Positions 1 through 9,096 of a stretch of 36,367 bases of DNA are shown here, piece by piece. Each line of letters begins with the position of its first letter. Position 1 is the first letter of the stretch. This stretch comes from a bacterium. GTDB lineage: Bacteria > SZUA-182 > DTGQ01. Below the pieces are notes generated by a model. The model saw only the letters and a list, made by a program, of their open reading frames with translations. It searched no databases and was not told the DNA's origin. The stretch is from assembly GCA_040752695.1 (NCBI GenBank), contig JBFMGO010000054.1, positions 1 through 36,367 on the forward strand, read 5' to 3'. Both the position numbers and the translations under genes were made by a program.

Positions 1-409
1 AAATAGATGCCATATTCTCTCTGATGATCAGAGCGACGAGGGTAGTTCCCATGCCCAGAAAGGCGGGATCAGCCACTGCTTTTGCCCTGATCGCCTCATG
101 AGCCTGGAAGATGGCCCTTTTGAGCAGCTCGAAGTCGGTCATCTCTTCGCCATCTCCCTCGATCATGTCCTTCAGGTAGGCATAGGCTGTCTCTACGGCC
201 AGTTTACTGGCAACTTCTCCAGCCTGATGACCACCCAGGCCATCGGCCAGGATAAAGATGTTCCGGTCTTCATCCACCAGAAGATAATCTTCGTTATTCG
301 CTCTTACGCGGCCAGAATCGCTCAGATAGGCTGCCCTGGTCTTTATGGAACCTGTGGGACCCATAGGATTTGAAGGATCCACAGGATTTGAGGGATTTGC
401 AGGCTTCAT
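1..409 (-). CDS. PP2C/PPM-family Ser/Thr protein phosphatase (Stp1/PrpC-like); 5' part only, continues past the left edge
   Basis: Translated by hand on the minus strand (absent from the ORF track): MKPANPSNPVDPSNPMGPTG...SDSGRVRANNEDYLL...IFILADGLGGHQAGEVASKLAV...GMGTTLVALII. RxxNED, ADGxGGH and GMGTT are canonical PPM motifs. AAGGAG lies upstream of ATG 409; alternative ATG at 364. Confidence 0.93.
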   Translation of the reverse strand, partial: MKPANPSNPVDPSNPMGPTGSIKTRAAYLSDSGRVRANNEDYLLVDEDRNIFILADGLGGHQAGEVASKLAVETAYAYLKDMIEGDGEEMTDFELLKRAIFQAHEAIRAKAVADPAFLGMGTTLVALIIRENMASI

Positions 410-431
410 GACCGGGTGTTCTCCTTCATCT

Positions 432-1169
432 TCATCCTCGCAGGTAGGGCGGGAGAAAAGGGGCTCTCCTGGCTACAGGAGGGCGTAGAATTTCAGACAT
501 GACGATCCCCTGCCAGAGCATATCCGGGTGGCTGAGATAAACAATTTTCCCTTCAGCTCCTTTCTCCCTGGAAATTGCCGGCTCTATGAGAGCGGTCGGT
601 GCAAATTCCTCATCCATTTCCTTCATCGTCACTGGCACCTCCATTGCTTCCATTGTCGCCGGCTTCGCAACCGAAGGTGCTTTCCCAGGGATAGTTCCCG
701 GAGCGGCCCCTGGTTGAGTCGGACGTTGCAGGGGGGGGCGTTTCGCGGCCGGAATTTCGGCCCTTGTGGGGGAGGGAACTTCAGGTATCCTGCCGGGTGA
801 TGTTCCTCTCCCTGGCGGAATTTGCGGTTCTTTTGCGCCTCCTCTTCGAGCCCTGGCCCTGTGCTCCCACTCAGCCAGAATATCCAGGGCTTCGCGTTCT
901 CTTGGTGTGAGTACGGGTGGACCCGAAGGAGGAGTCCCCGGCATTCTGCTGCGTGAAGGGTAAGGAGACATCGGCTCTCTCCACCCAGGCTGCATCGGCT
1001 CCTCCCTCCCGGTCGGCGTTCCTGTCTGCGGCGGCAGGGGGGGAGGTGCTGGTCTTTTGTGCGGTACAGGATGAGAGGGATGATCCTTCCTTTGCTGGCT
1101 TTTCTTCAGAAACCGGAGAAAGGCGCTGATAAAATAAAAAACAATGATAAGTTCAACGATCTTATCCAT
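432..1169 (-). CDS. Membrane-anchored Pro-rich disordered protein, YqfB-like gene downstream of floA
   Basis: N-terminal TM (IVELIIVFYFISAFL), long Pro-rich linker, C-terminal LWQGIVMSEILRPP motif typical of genes following floA. Start moved to ATG 1169 so it does not overlap floA. Confidence 0.7.
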   Translation of the reverse strand: MDKIVELIIVFYFISAFLRFLKKSQQRKDHPSHPVPHKRPAPPPLPPQTGTPTGREEPMQPGWREPMSPYPSRSRMPGTPPSGPPVLTPREREALDILAEWEHRARARRGGAKEPQIPPGRGTSPGRIPEVPSPTRAEIPAAKRPPLQRPTQPGAAPGTIPGKAPSVAKPATMEAMEVPVTMKEMDEEFAPTALIEPAISREKGAEGKIVYLSHPDMLWQGIVMSEILRPPVARRAPFLPPYLRG

Positions 1170-1173
1170 AGCG

Positions 1174-2193
1174 CTAACTCTTATCTTTTTCAGGCTTTGG
1201 CGCATGGCCGCCCGGAGGAGCGGGTTTTTCTCCTCCCATTTTTGAAATGGATTCTCGCATTTCCGTATCGGCAGAAATATTTTTAAGATGGTAATAATCC
1301 ATAACTCCGAGATTCCCTTTGCGGAAGGCTTCGGCCATGGCCAGAGGCACCTGGACTTCTGCCTCGATAACTTTTGCCTTCATCTCCTGTACCTTGGCTT
1401 TCATTTCCTGCTCCATGGCCACGGCCAGAGCTCGCCTGCTTTCAGCCTGCGCCTGAGCGATTTCCTTATCAGCCTGCGCCTGTTTAGTCTGCAACCTCGC
1501 ACCGATATTTTCTCCAACATCTACATCGGCAATATCGATGGATAAAATCTCAAAAGCGGTCCCTGAATCCAGCCCCTTGGCCAGGACGGTTCGGGAAATG
1601 GAATCGGGATTTTCCAGAACGTCCTTGTAGGAGGCTGCGGACCCGATCGTCGTGACCACTCCCTCTCCGATGCGGGCGATAATGGTTTCCTGTCCGGCGC
1701 CTCCGACCAGCCGTTCCATATTGGCCCGCACGGTTACTCTGGATTTGGCCTGAACCTGAATGCCGTCCTTGGCAACGGCAGCTACGACCGGAGTCTCGAT
1801 TACCTTGGGAATAACACTCATCTGGACCGCTTCCAGCACATTCCTGCCGGCAAGATCGATGCCGGAGGCAACACCGAAACCCATCTTGATACCTGCCTTG
1901 TCTGCTGAGATGAGCGCCTTGACAACGGATTCGACATGCCCGCCCGCCAGAAAGAGCGCTTCGAGGTCGTTGATGGCAATATCCAGCCCTGCCTTGACCG
2001 CGCTGATTCTGGCATTGACCACAACGTGGGGAGGCACCCGGCGGAACCTCATGCCGATCAGGTTCGTGATTCCTACATATGCTCCGGAGGACCAGGCAGC
2101 AATCCAGAGCGGGACCGGAATAAGGTACGTAAAGAGAATTAAAAAGGCAATGATAAAACCAAGAATAACGACTGGCAATGCTACGATAGGCAT
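1174..2193 (-). CDS. floA: Flotillin-like SPFH protein FloA (YqfA/UPF0365)
   Basis: [65 protein letters not shown] and GNLGVMDYY match FloA; downstream of nfeD; GGAGG RBS. Confidence 0.95.
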   Translation of the reverse strand: MPIVALPVVILGFIIAFLILFTYLIPVPLWIAAWSSGAYVGITNLIGMRFRRVPPHVVVNARISAVKAGLDIAINDLEALFLAGGHVESVVKALISADKAGIKMGFGVASGIDLAGRNVLEAVQMSVIPKVIETPVVAAVAKDGIQVQAKSRVTVRANMERLVGGAGQETIIARIGEGVVTTIGSAASYKDVLENPDSISRTVLAKGLDSGTAFEILSIDIADVDVGENIGARLQTKQAQADKEIAQAQAESRRALAVAMEQEMKAKVQEMKAKVIEAEVQVPLAMAEAFRKGNLGVMDYYHLKNISADTEMRESISKMGGEKPAPPGGHAPKPEKDKS

Positions 2194-2272
2194 GGCTTAA
2201 GCCTCCAAGGTTAGTGAGAAGTTAGGCTGATAAAGGCCTTACTGAACAAACATCATTTTTCAAACCCTTATG

Positions 2273-2884
2273 TTAACGGTCTTCCTCTACGAATATGCGG
2301 TTTCCCTCGATTTTGATGATTTTAATCTGGGTATTTCTCCTGATGTAGGTACCATCCGTAAGTACATTCAGGCGATGCCCCTGAAAATTGGCTATTCCCG
2401 CTGGTCTGAGATCAGATATGGACAGACCGGTTTGCCCGACGAAAATGACCGAATCTTTTTTTCCGGTTCCCTCTGCCTGGTTTTTCCCGATTTCCCCTGC
2501 CTGGTCAGGGACAGCAGGCGAAGGTGCAGGTTTTCCGACGTGGTGTTTCAGTACCATGCGGCCGGTCAGGCCGCTCTTCTTTAAAAAAGCAATCGTCAGG
2601 ACAATGGATGAAATGCCGACCAGAGTTGTCCCGACCGCCCAGGCCAGGTTCAAGCCGGTCCATGACAGATAGATCCCTGTAGCCAGAAAAAAGATGGACA
2701 GAATGCCCGCAATGCCAAAGCCGGGGATAATCAATACCTCGATAAGCATCATGATCAATCCCACAACGAAAAGCAGGACGATGATAATGGGCAGGACGCC
2801 GATGGTCACGATATTCAATCCCAGCACAAGCCCCAGACACAGGAACAGCACAATCAGAATGGGCCATATTACGAGCCGGTACAT
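2273..2884 (-). CDS. Short NfeD-family protein (membrane domain + C-terminal OB fold, no protease domain)
   Basis: EVLIIPGFGIAG membrane motif and C-terminal GLSISDLRPAG...LNVLTDGTYI; TGATG stop/start coupling with the upstream nfeD at 2884. Confidence 0.88.
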   Translation of the reverse strand: MYRLVIWPILIVLFLCLGLVLGLNIVTIGVLPIIIVLLFVVGLIMMLIEVLIIPGFGIAGILSIFFLATGIYLSWTGLNLAWAVGTTLVGISSIVLTIAFLKKSGLTGRMVLKHHVGKPAPSPAVPDQAGEIGKNQAEGTGKKDSVIFVGQTGLSISDLRPAGIANFQGHRLNVLTDGTYIRRNTQIKIIKIEGNRIFVEEDR

Positions 2885-4551
2885 CAGGTTTTCTCCTCTT
2901 TCTCAATCTCTTGGACCATTTTCTCAATCTTTTGGACTATAATCTTCGTACCCTCCACACGAATGATTCGAACCGGCAAGCCCTTTTCGATAAAATCGCC
3001 CTCTGTGATCACGTTGAGACGTTTTTTCCCGAATTCGGCCTTGCCCGCAGGTCTTAGATTCGTAAAGGCCACACCATGCTGGTTGAGATACTGCATCAGG
3101 TCCGGGGTGAGAGTATCCGTTTTCGTTTCCCCTGAAACTGGCGGCCAAGGCGCCGCGGGCCCTCCCTCGGCCTGCGCGGATTCTCTCATGGGCTGCTCAG
3201 GCGGTTCCCTCCTGGCCTGGCCGGATACCTCCGCAGGTGGCGCAGGTTGTTCCCCCTTCACAGGGAGAGCGTCCGGCACAGAGGGCGTTGCAGGTGGCGA
3301 AGACTTTGAACCATGGCCGGAACGGGCATGGAGTACCAGTCTCTGCGCTATCGCGCTCCTGGCCAGGAATTTCAACGAGAAGGCAAAGGCAATCAGGACG
3401 ATGAGGAAAACAACCGCGATTTGCGATACAGCTCCCCAGATTTCCCACATGTTTGGATTTTTTCCCACCAGACTCAAGGTAAGACCCGCTGCCAGGGCTA
3501 TCAGGCCGAGTATTCCCGTCAAACCAAAGCCGGGGATAACAAGGGCCTCCAACAAAAGCAGGATCGTGCCGATCAGAAGAAGAATAATTTCTTCCCATCC
3601 GACCAGGTGAAGAACCGCATGTCCCCAGAAGAAAACGGCCAGGCAAATCAAGCCCACAGTTCCGGCTATCCCCCAGGTGGGGGTTCTCAGCTCCATAATC
3701 AGGCCGAGAAGACCAATGGTCAGGAGCAGGGAACTGAACAGGCTGCCGCCTACAAGCCGGAGAAATTTTTCGGCCCAGTTCGTTCGCTCTTCCATCAGGC
3801 TGGCTGGCTGAAGATCGAACTTTTGCAGGATTTCATCAATCCCATGCGAGATTTCAAAGTCTGCCACCTCATACTGAAGGGCTTCCGATGCAGTCAGAGT
3901 CAACGGCTTTTTCCCTTCGGTCAGCCCCTCGATGATTACATCAGGGTCAACCATGGCTTCGGCAAGGAGTGCGGGGCGATGATTTTTCTCCGCAGTGGCT
4001 TTCATCTCTTTGCGAAAGTAGGAGACCACTTTCTCGCTGGCAGGCTGCATTGTCTGATCAAAGGGGGACATCGTTACCGGTGTCGCCGCTCCGATCGTCG
4101 CCCCGGGGACCATGGTGATTTTCTGGCAGGCGAGGGAAATCAAGGCTCCGGCGGATATGGCCCGCTCGTTAATGTAGGCGATGGTTTGAGTCTTTGAATT
4201 CAGCAAAACATCCCGAATTTCGACAGCCGCATCCATTCGTCCGCCAAAGGTGTTGATTTCCAGAATCACCGCCCGTGCGCCCTCCTCGTCCGCCTGCCTG
4301 ACCACCCGGCTGATGAAAGGGACCAACCCCCGGTCGATCTCTCCACTGACCTTAACCAGATAGACGAGATTTTCCTCTTTACTTCCTTTTTTTATTCCCG
4401 CTCTGGTTTTTATTCCCGCTCCGGCATCGGTTATTCTTTCCTCAGCTTCTAGAGGAGGAAAGATTCCTAAAGGAAAGGCTCCTAAAGGAAAGAATCGTAA
4501 GAGAACCAGAACCATCGCCAGAATAAAAATCGGAAAAGATAATTTTCCCAT
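2884..4551 (-). CDS. nfeD: Long NfeD/YqeZ protein (ClpP-like serine protease domain, membrane domain, OB fold)
   Basis: INTFGGRMDAA, AISAGALI (putative catalytic Ser), SEKVVSY (putative Lys), EAMVD, EALVIPGFG, TNLRPAGKA. Start set at ATG 4551 (AGGAGG RBS, promoter at 4592-4620); the ORF-track extension to 4743 reads through promoter and repeat DNA. Confidence 0.92.
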   Translation of the reverse strand: MGKLSFPIFILAMVLVLLRFFPLGAFPLGIFPPLEAEERITDAGAGIKTRAGIKKGSKEENLVYLVKVSGEIDRGLVPFISRVVRQADEEGARAVILEINTFGGRMDAAVEIRDVLLNSKTQTIAYINERAISAGALISLACQKITMVPGATIGAATPVTMSPFDQTMQPASEKVVSYFRKEMKATAEKNHRPALLAEAMVDPDVIIEGLTEGKKPLTLTASEALQYEVADFEISHGIDEILQKFDLQPASLMEERTNWAEKFLRLVGGSLFSSLLLTIGLLGLIMELRTPTWGIAGTVGLICLAVFFWGHAVLHLVGWEEIILLLIGTILLLLEALVIPGFGLTGILGLIALAAGLTLSLVGKNPNMWEIWGAVSQIAVVFLIVLIAFAFSLKFLARSAIAQRLVLHARSGHGSKSSPPATPSVPDALPVKGEQPAPPAEVSGQARREPPEQPMRESAQAEGGPAAPWPPVSGETKTDTLTPDLMQYLNQHGVAFTNLRPAGKAEFGKKRLNVITEGDFIEKGLPVRIIRVEGTKIIVQKIEKMVQEIEKEEKT

Positions 4552-4591
4552 GTGCACATCCCTCCTGGCATGGTATTTCTCAATCAATCGC

Positions 4592-4620
4592 AGTATAACA
4601 ATGTGTTGACCAATTAGCAA
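4592..4620 (-). promoter_or_regulatory. Sigma70-type promoter for the nfeD-floA operon
   Basis: Minus strand TTGCTA-17 nt-TATACT with a TG extension, about 40 nt upstream of ATG 4551. Confidence 0.6.
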
Positions 4621-4675
4621 GGATTTCATGGAGATCAGTAGGGTATTCCAAAAAGGTGACTGATTAACGATGCCG

Positions 4676-4797
4676 GGATTCAGAACCCCGGAACTCAGAA
4701 CCTCAGGATTCAGAGTCCTGGAACTCAGAACCTCAGGATTCAAGAATTCCGAAAAACTCCTGAGTCGCAGAACTCAGAATCCCCGAATTCAGATTTC
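4676..4797. repeat. Degenerate 15/30-bp tandem repeat array between divergent promoters
   Basis: GGATTCAGAACCCCGGAACTCAGAACCTCA (4676-4705), GGATTCAGAGTCCTGGAACTCAGAACCTCA (4706-4735), GGATTCA, then decayed GAACTCAGAATCCCCGAATTCAGA. Confidence 0.85.
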
Positions 4798-4804
4798 ATG
4801 ATGT

Positions 4805-4833
4805 TTGACAAAAATACAACAAGATGGTATTAC
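4805..4833 (+). promoter_or_regulatory. Sigma70-type promoter for the metalloprotease gene
   Basis: TTGACA-17 nt-TATTAC with a TG extension. Confidence 0.5.
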
Positions 4834-4869
4834 ATTAAGGGAGGAGTGTAAAGGAAGAAGCCGAAGTTC

Positions 4870-7176
4870 ATGCTCATGGGTAAAGGAAGTTTCGTGAAGG
4901 GTCCATCTCGATTCGTGTTATCCCGTTCTCTATATGTGCTTTCCATCTATATCATGAGTGCATTCCTCCTTCTTTGCCGACCAGGACAGAGCGGTGCCCG
5001 GTCCGTTGACAAGCCGGCTGGTTTTGATAATTCCGGTACCGCTGACCAGGAACAAATGCGAGCATGGCTGAATCAGCAGATAGCTGCGCTGTTTCCGCGT
5101 AAGGGAAGAGGATTGCAGCGGTCGGCTTCCGTTCCATCCTCTTTTTTTCCCCGCTGTGCGACTCCGCTTATTCGGGCAGCACTCAAGCATCCGGAACTTC
5201 TGGATGAGCAAAACCGGTTCATACTCTATCGCCCGACAAGTGGTACTTTGCAGGATCTTTCTTATGGTCCGGTGAAAGTTTTTGTCTACAATACGACAGG
5301 GGGGCATTTCCGGATTCACTATACGCTGGACAGCAGTCAGGGAGATGCGGTTTCCGCTTCCGAAGGTGTTGTTCTTACAATTCCCCCCTATGTTTTGGCT
5401 GTAGGCAAGGCTCTTGAAGCAGCATGGGCCAAGGAGGTGGCAGCCATGGGATACACCCCGCCATCTACTCTCATTTCATTTGATGGCAACTATCAGCTCG
5501 ACTGCTATATCATGGGGATTTCCAACTATGGGTATTCCAGCATCGATCAGCAAAATCACCCTTATATGGTTATAAGCAATAATTATAGTGACATCCAGCT
5601 CCCCCCGAACCAAGATCCTGAGGGGAGCGCTCTCGGTGCCATGAAGGTTACCGTAGCCCACGAGTTTTTTCATGCCATCCAGTATGGCTATACCGAGTGG
5701 AACGATCAATGGTGGGAGGAAAACAGCGCTGTCTGGATGGAGGATGAGGTCTTTGACCAGGTCAATGATTACCTGCACTACCTTGGCGAGCGTTATGACG
5801 ATATCAATAAAAATGGCAGGTGGGATGCCGGAGAGTCTTACTATGACAGTCTCGGTCATTTCATCGGCCTCTCCGGCAGGGAAAATAACGGCTGGGCTGA
5901 ATGGCCTTTTCTGCCGCTGGATGCCAGCAGTTTAACCTACAGGAGGGCACCGTATCAGGAATATGGTGGAGCAATTTGGGTCAAACATCTAGCTGAAAAA
6001 TATGGGCAGGATATCGTGCGAAGCATTTTCCAGCGGGGTAGGAAGATCCTGCTCCAAAGCGGCAAGGGAAGCAATGCCCTGGACTTGATCAAGGCCGAAC
6101 TCATTTCCCGTGGAAGCAGCCTGGCCTCTGAACTGGAAGAGTTCAAGATCAAGGTCCTGACCAGGGAATTTGAAGAGGGGGAATGGTATCCACAGGTATG
6201 GCACGTTGCCTGCTTTGACAATTATAAAGAAACAGCCCTCTTTGACAGCGACGTTTTCTACGACAGTGGACGTGGAGGCTTTGCCGGCATCCTGAATCAT
6301 CTCTCGTCTCAGTACATCCGCTTTCTAGCGCCCGAAGGGCTGGGGTCGGTGCGCATCGAACTCACCCGAACCTATGGGGAAGCGCCTTTATCCTGTCCCC
6401 TGATCCTGACTACCCGCAGCGGCCTGATTCAACGAGTCAACCTCCCTCTGAATTCTGCTACCGGCTCAGGAGCAATAACCCTTTCAGGGTTTGGAAAGAA
6501 TGCGGAATTGAAATGCGTCGAGGCTATTCCCATCAATAGTTCCGATTTTCCCCGGGATGATAGCATCGGTTTTACCATCAAGGCTGATTTTGAGATTGAA
6601 CCATACATCACGATTTCCCTGCTGCCTGGGATGAATCTTTTTTCTCCTGTCCTGCCTGAGGGTCAATTCCTGGATTCACATCAATTTATCCTTAACTATT
6701 TCACCCCTGATTCGCTCTATTCGCTAAGCGCCTATGACCAGCAAACAGGGCGGTGGATCAAGAATTCGCTGAAGGGGGACTCATATTCTTTTACCGTCCC
6801 GGAGGCATCCTTCTCCCTGTTCCCGGGAGGCATCTACCTCTTGAACATGAAGGCAGCCCAGACCGTAACGCTGCCAGCCGCCTCAAGCAGTGCAGGTCCC
6901 GAAACCTGGCTCATGAGAACAGGTATGAACTTTTTCTCATTCCCGCCCCTTCAGCCGGACCAAGTCCAAGGACAGAAGCCGGTGGAGGACGCATTCAGGC
7001 TTTTGCAGGACCTGGGAGACAAAATCTCGGTGATCACGCAAAAGAATCATGACGATGGAAAGTGGGTGTGCGCTTATCGCTTCTTCCAGAAGCCGGCAGG
7101 GGAAAACCTTGCCATCTCAGGCGGAAAAACTTCTGTGGTAAATATGGTTCAGGAAGAGATGTGGCGCCGCAACTGA
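4870..7176 (+). CDS. Secreted zincin metalloprotease (MXAN_6640-like)
   Basis: N-terminal hydrophobic signal; RCATP; HFRIHYT; KVTVAHEFFHAIQYGY (HExxH) followed by WWEENSAVWMEDEV; Ca-binding-like DINKNGRWDAGE; two C-terminal GMNxFS repeats. Confidence 0.82.
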   Translation: MLMGKGSFVKGPSRFVLSRSLYVLSIYIMSAFLLLCRPGQSGARSVDKPAGFDNSGTADQEQMRAWLNQQIAALFPRKGRGLQRSASVPSSFFPRCATPLIRAALKHPELLDEQNRFILYRPTSGTLQDLSYGPVKVFVYNTTGGHFRIHYTLDSSQGDAVSASEGVVLTIPPYVLAVGKALEAAWAKEVAAMGYTPPSTLISFDGNYQLDCYIMGISNYGYSSIDQQNHPYMVISNNYSDIQLPPNQDPEGSALGAMKVTVAHEFFHAIQYGYTEWNDQWWEENSAVWMEDEVFDQVNDYLHYLGERYDDINKNGRWDAGESYYDSLGHFIGLSGRENNGWAEWPFLPLDASSLTYRRAPYQEYGGAIWVKHLAEKYGQDIVRSIFQRGRKILLQSGKGSNALDLIKAELISRGSSLASELEEFKIKVLTREFEEGEWYPQVWHVACFDNYKETALFDSDVFYDSGRGGFAGILNHLSSQYIRFLAPEGLGSVRIELTRTYGEAPLSCPLILTTRSGLIQRVNLPLNSATGSGAITLSGFGKNAELKCVEAIPINSSDFPRDDSIGFTIKADFEIEPYITISLLPGMNLFSPVLPEGQFLDSHQFILNYFTPDSLYSLSAYDQQTGRWIKNSLKGDSYSFTVPEASFSLFPGGIYLLNMKAAQTVTLPAASSSAGPETWLMRTGMNFFSFPPLQPDQVQGQKPVEDAFRLLQDLGDKISVITQKNHDDGKWVCAYRFFQKPAGENLAISGGKTSVVNMVQEEMWRRN

Positions 7177-7314
7177 GCCGGAGCCGATAGCCTTTCCTGT
7201 AGTGTGGATGTGGATGACTCAGGAAGAGATATGGCACTGCAACTGAGCCGGAGCCGATAGCCTTTCCTGTAAGTGTGGATGTGGATGGCTCAGGAAGAGA
7301 TGTGACGCCGTAAC
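7149..7314. repeat. 70/71-bp direct tandem repeat (2 full copies + 25-bp partial) spanning the stop codons of two convergent genes
   Basis: Units begin TCAGGAAGAGAT at 7149, 7219 and 7290; the first two share GCAACTGAGCCGGAGCCGATAGCCTTTCCTGTA(A)GTGTGGATGTGGATG. Confidence 0.95.
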
Positions 7315-8624
7315 CGGCGCAGGCTCCGCGCCCCGGCCGACAGCAACCGGCCTGCCAGCTTCCTCTGGGGGACAATGGCCCCGTAGCGACAGGCTTCATG
7401 GCAGCACATGCAGGCAAGGCAGCACCGTTTATCGATCCGGGCAAGACCGGAGGGACTAAAGGAGGAATCGATTCTGATGGCATCTGCCGGACAAACCCCC
7501 ACGCAGGCACCGCAACCGCGGCATTTTGCCGGAATCACTCTGGGCCGTGCTTCGAACTGGCGGCAAATGGCCCCGAAAAGAAAGTCAGGCATCCATTTTT
7601 TAATGCTCCCCAAAGAGGTATGGCTGATCCTGAAATCCGGGATACGTACCGCCTCAAGCCGCTCGCCCATGACCTGGATCTGCTCCAACTGATAAACTCC
7701 AGCCCCCCGCCTGGCTGCATCCTTGAGGTGAAATACCAGCTCATGGTCAATTCCGGCCACTGCCAGGGCTACTCGATCCAGGGCCACCGCGTCGGCTGAA
7801 GCCAGTATGAGACCGATCCTGCGGGTGTCCCCATTGGCAGGGCCTTCCCCTTCCATCCCTACCACCGCATCCATGATATTGAGCTGTGGCCGGACCGCTG
7901 TAAAAAGGTCCGCCAGCAAGGAGTTGAACCGCTCCTCCCCTTGAAACTGAGCATGATACCGAACCCGAAGCCCGCTGGGAAGACAGCCGTAAATGTTTTT
8001 GACCGCACCCGTAAATACGGCCAGAGAGTGCGTCTTGAATTTGGGCAGGTTAATCACAACATCGGTTTCAAGAACCGCCCTGGCCAGGTGCGTCTCCTTC
8101 AAAGACTTCCCGTTCGGGATGGCGACGTGCTTAAACCCTTCCTCACGAAAGCTCAGGCATTCCACTCCGAGCCTGTCGCAGACCTGACGCAGGCCCGAAA
8201 CGGCAAATCCGTCGCAGGGGTCAAGGGCGATATCATCTCCTACTCTCACCTTCGCCCCGAGACCGCTCTCCTTGAGGATAATCAGGACCTGCTCTACAAA
8301 GACAGGATGGGTCACGATTCCCCGCTCCGGCGCAGAAGGCGGAGGGAGGTGATTGACTTTGACTAAAACCCTGTCCTGAGGCTTGATGAATTGGCTGATG
8401 CCGCCCAAAAGGTCCAGGGCCTTTTGAATGGCCGGGTAAAGCTGATCCTTTTCGTAGGCAGGACACCTGACCAGGCTGACCCTGGCTGCGGCTGGGGAAG
8501 GGGTGGGGTTGAATTGGATTGTGGGGGAGGATTGAGTTGTCAGGCACGATTGGGCTGTAGGCAACGATTGGGTTGTGGTTGCATTGGATTCTGATTTGGT
8601 TTTTGGGGTGGATTTGTCTTGCAT
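7290..8624 (-). CDS. DUF362 domain protein with C-terminal 2x[4Fe-4S] ferredoxin domain
   Basis: VLVKVN, VTHP, INLPKFKTH, TGAVKN, DAVVGMEGEGP, DAVALD; CRGCGACVGVCP and CLACMCCHEAC. Confidence 0.92.
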   Translation of the reverse strand: MQDKSTPKTKSESNATTTQSLPTAQSCLTTQSSPTIQFNPTPSPAAARVSLVRCPAYEKDQLYPAIQKALDLLGGISQFIKPQDRVLVKVNHLPPPSAPERGIVTHPVFVEQVLIILKESGLGAKVRVGDDIALDPCDGFAVSGLRQVCDRLGVECLSFREEGFKHVAIPNGKSLKETHLARAVLETDVVINLPKFKTHSLAVFTGAVKNIYGCLPSGLRVRYHAQFQGEERFNSLLADLFTAVRPQLNIMDAVVGMEGEGPANGDTRRIGLILASADAVALDRVALAVAGIDHELVFHLKDAARRGAGVYQLEQIQVMGERLEAVRIPDFRISHTSLGSIKKWMPDFLFGAICRQFEARPRVIPAKCRGCGACVGVCPADAIRIDSSFSPSGLARIDKRCCLACMCCHEACRYGAIVPQRKLAGRLLSAGARSLRRLRRHISS

Positions 8625-8765
8625 ATGATCACCTATCCAATAGTGCTTATAGTTTTTTCAGCTAAGATAGTAAATGCAATGTCCTAAAAAATATGTGTCG
8701 TTGTAGGCTTAAAGCCTGCGGAGACACGCTTTTTCACTCCAGCGAAGCAAAGAGTCTCTATGGCG

Positions 8766-8804
8766 GCGGGAATCCATAAGCCATTGAAAAGACTGGATTC
8801 TAAG
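8766..8804. repeat. Partial REP-like palindromic element (GGAATCCA..CTGGATTC type)
   Basis: GCGGGAATCCA...AAGACTGGATTCTAAG; 8789-8804 is the exact reverse complement of 9047-9062. Confidence 0.55.
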
Positions 8805-8891
8805 TACACGGAACATTAAGTGCCTATCCCAAAACCCAATTCCAGATGAATGATTGCACCTGTTGCCAGGATTTTGGGGTTTTCCAGGGCA

Positions 8892-8990
8892 CTAGTGGGT
8901 CTTCACGGCTGAATTTGTGAAGGAGAGAGGTTGTTTTTGCCCCTCATTTAAACGCTTGTCCCCACAATTTCAAGTGTGAAGATCCACTAG
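8892..8990. mobile_element. MITE copy 1 (99 bp including CTAG at both ends)
   Basis: Terminal inverted repeats CTAGTGGGTCTTCACGGCTGAATTTGTG and CACAATTTCAAGTGTGAAGATCCACTAG (23/28 complementary); no ORF; 98/99 identical to 11930-12028. Confidence 0.88.
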
Positions 8991-9030
8991 TACCCCCTCA
9001 CACCTTAATTTATGAAGATAATCCATCATC

Positions 9031-9062
9031 GTCATTCCCGCGAAGGCTTAGAATCCAGTCTT
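9031..9062. repeat. REP-like element half (GTCATTCCCGCGAAGGC type)
   Basis: GTCATTCCCGCGAAGGCTTAGAATCCAGTCTT; GCGAAGGCTTAGAAT recurs inverted in the palindrome at 12340-12378. Confidence 0.6.
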
Positions 9063-9096
9063 CACAAACTTGGCTGTGAAGAGGTACGAGCCGGAG

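Noticed and set aside
98..373. 91-aa + strand ORF from the track
   Set aside because: Antisense shadow of the PP2C phosphatase, which has clear catalytic motifs on the minus strand.
2963..4197. Long + strand ORFs (215 aa, 294 aa) opposite nfeD, and similar ones opposite the kinase, MBL and ATPase genes
   Set aside because: Antisense shadows of well-supported genes with no recognisable motifs.
4552..4743. N-terminal extension of NfeD (MNPEVLSS repeats)
   Set aside because: It reads through a promoter and the repeat array; the RBS and promoter support the start at 4551.
7149..7314. Possible mini CRISPR array
   Set aside because: The would-be spacers are near-identical to each other, the repeats overlap coding ends, and there are no cas genes.
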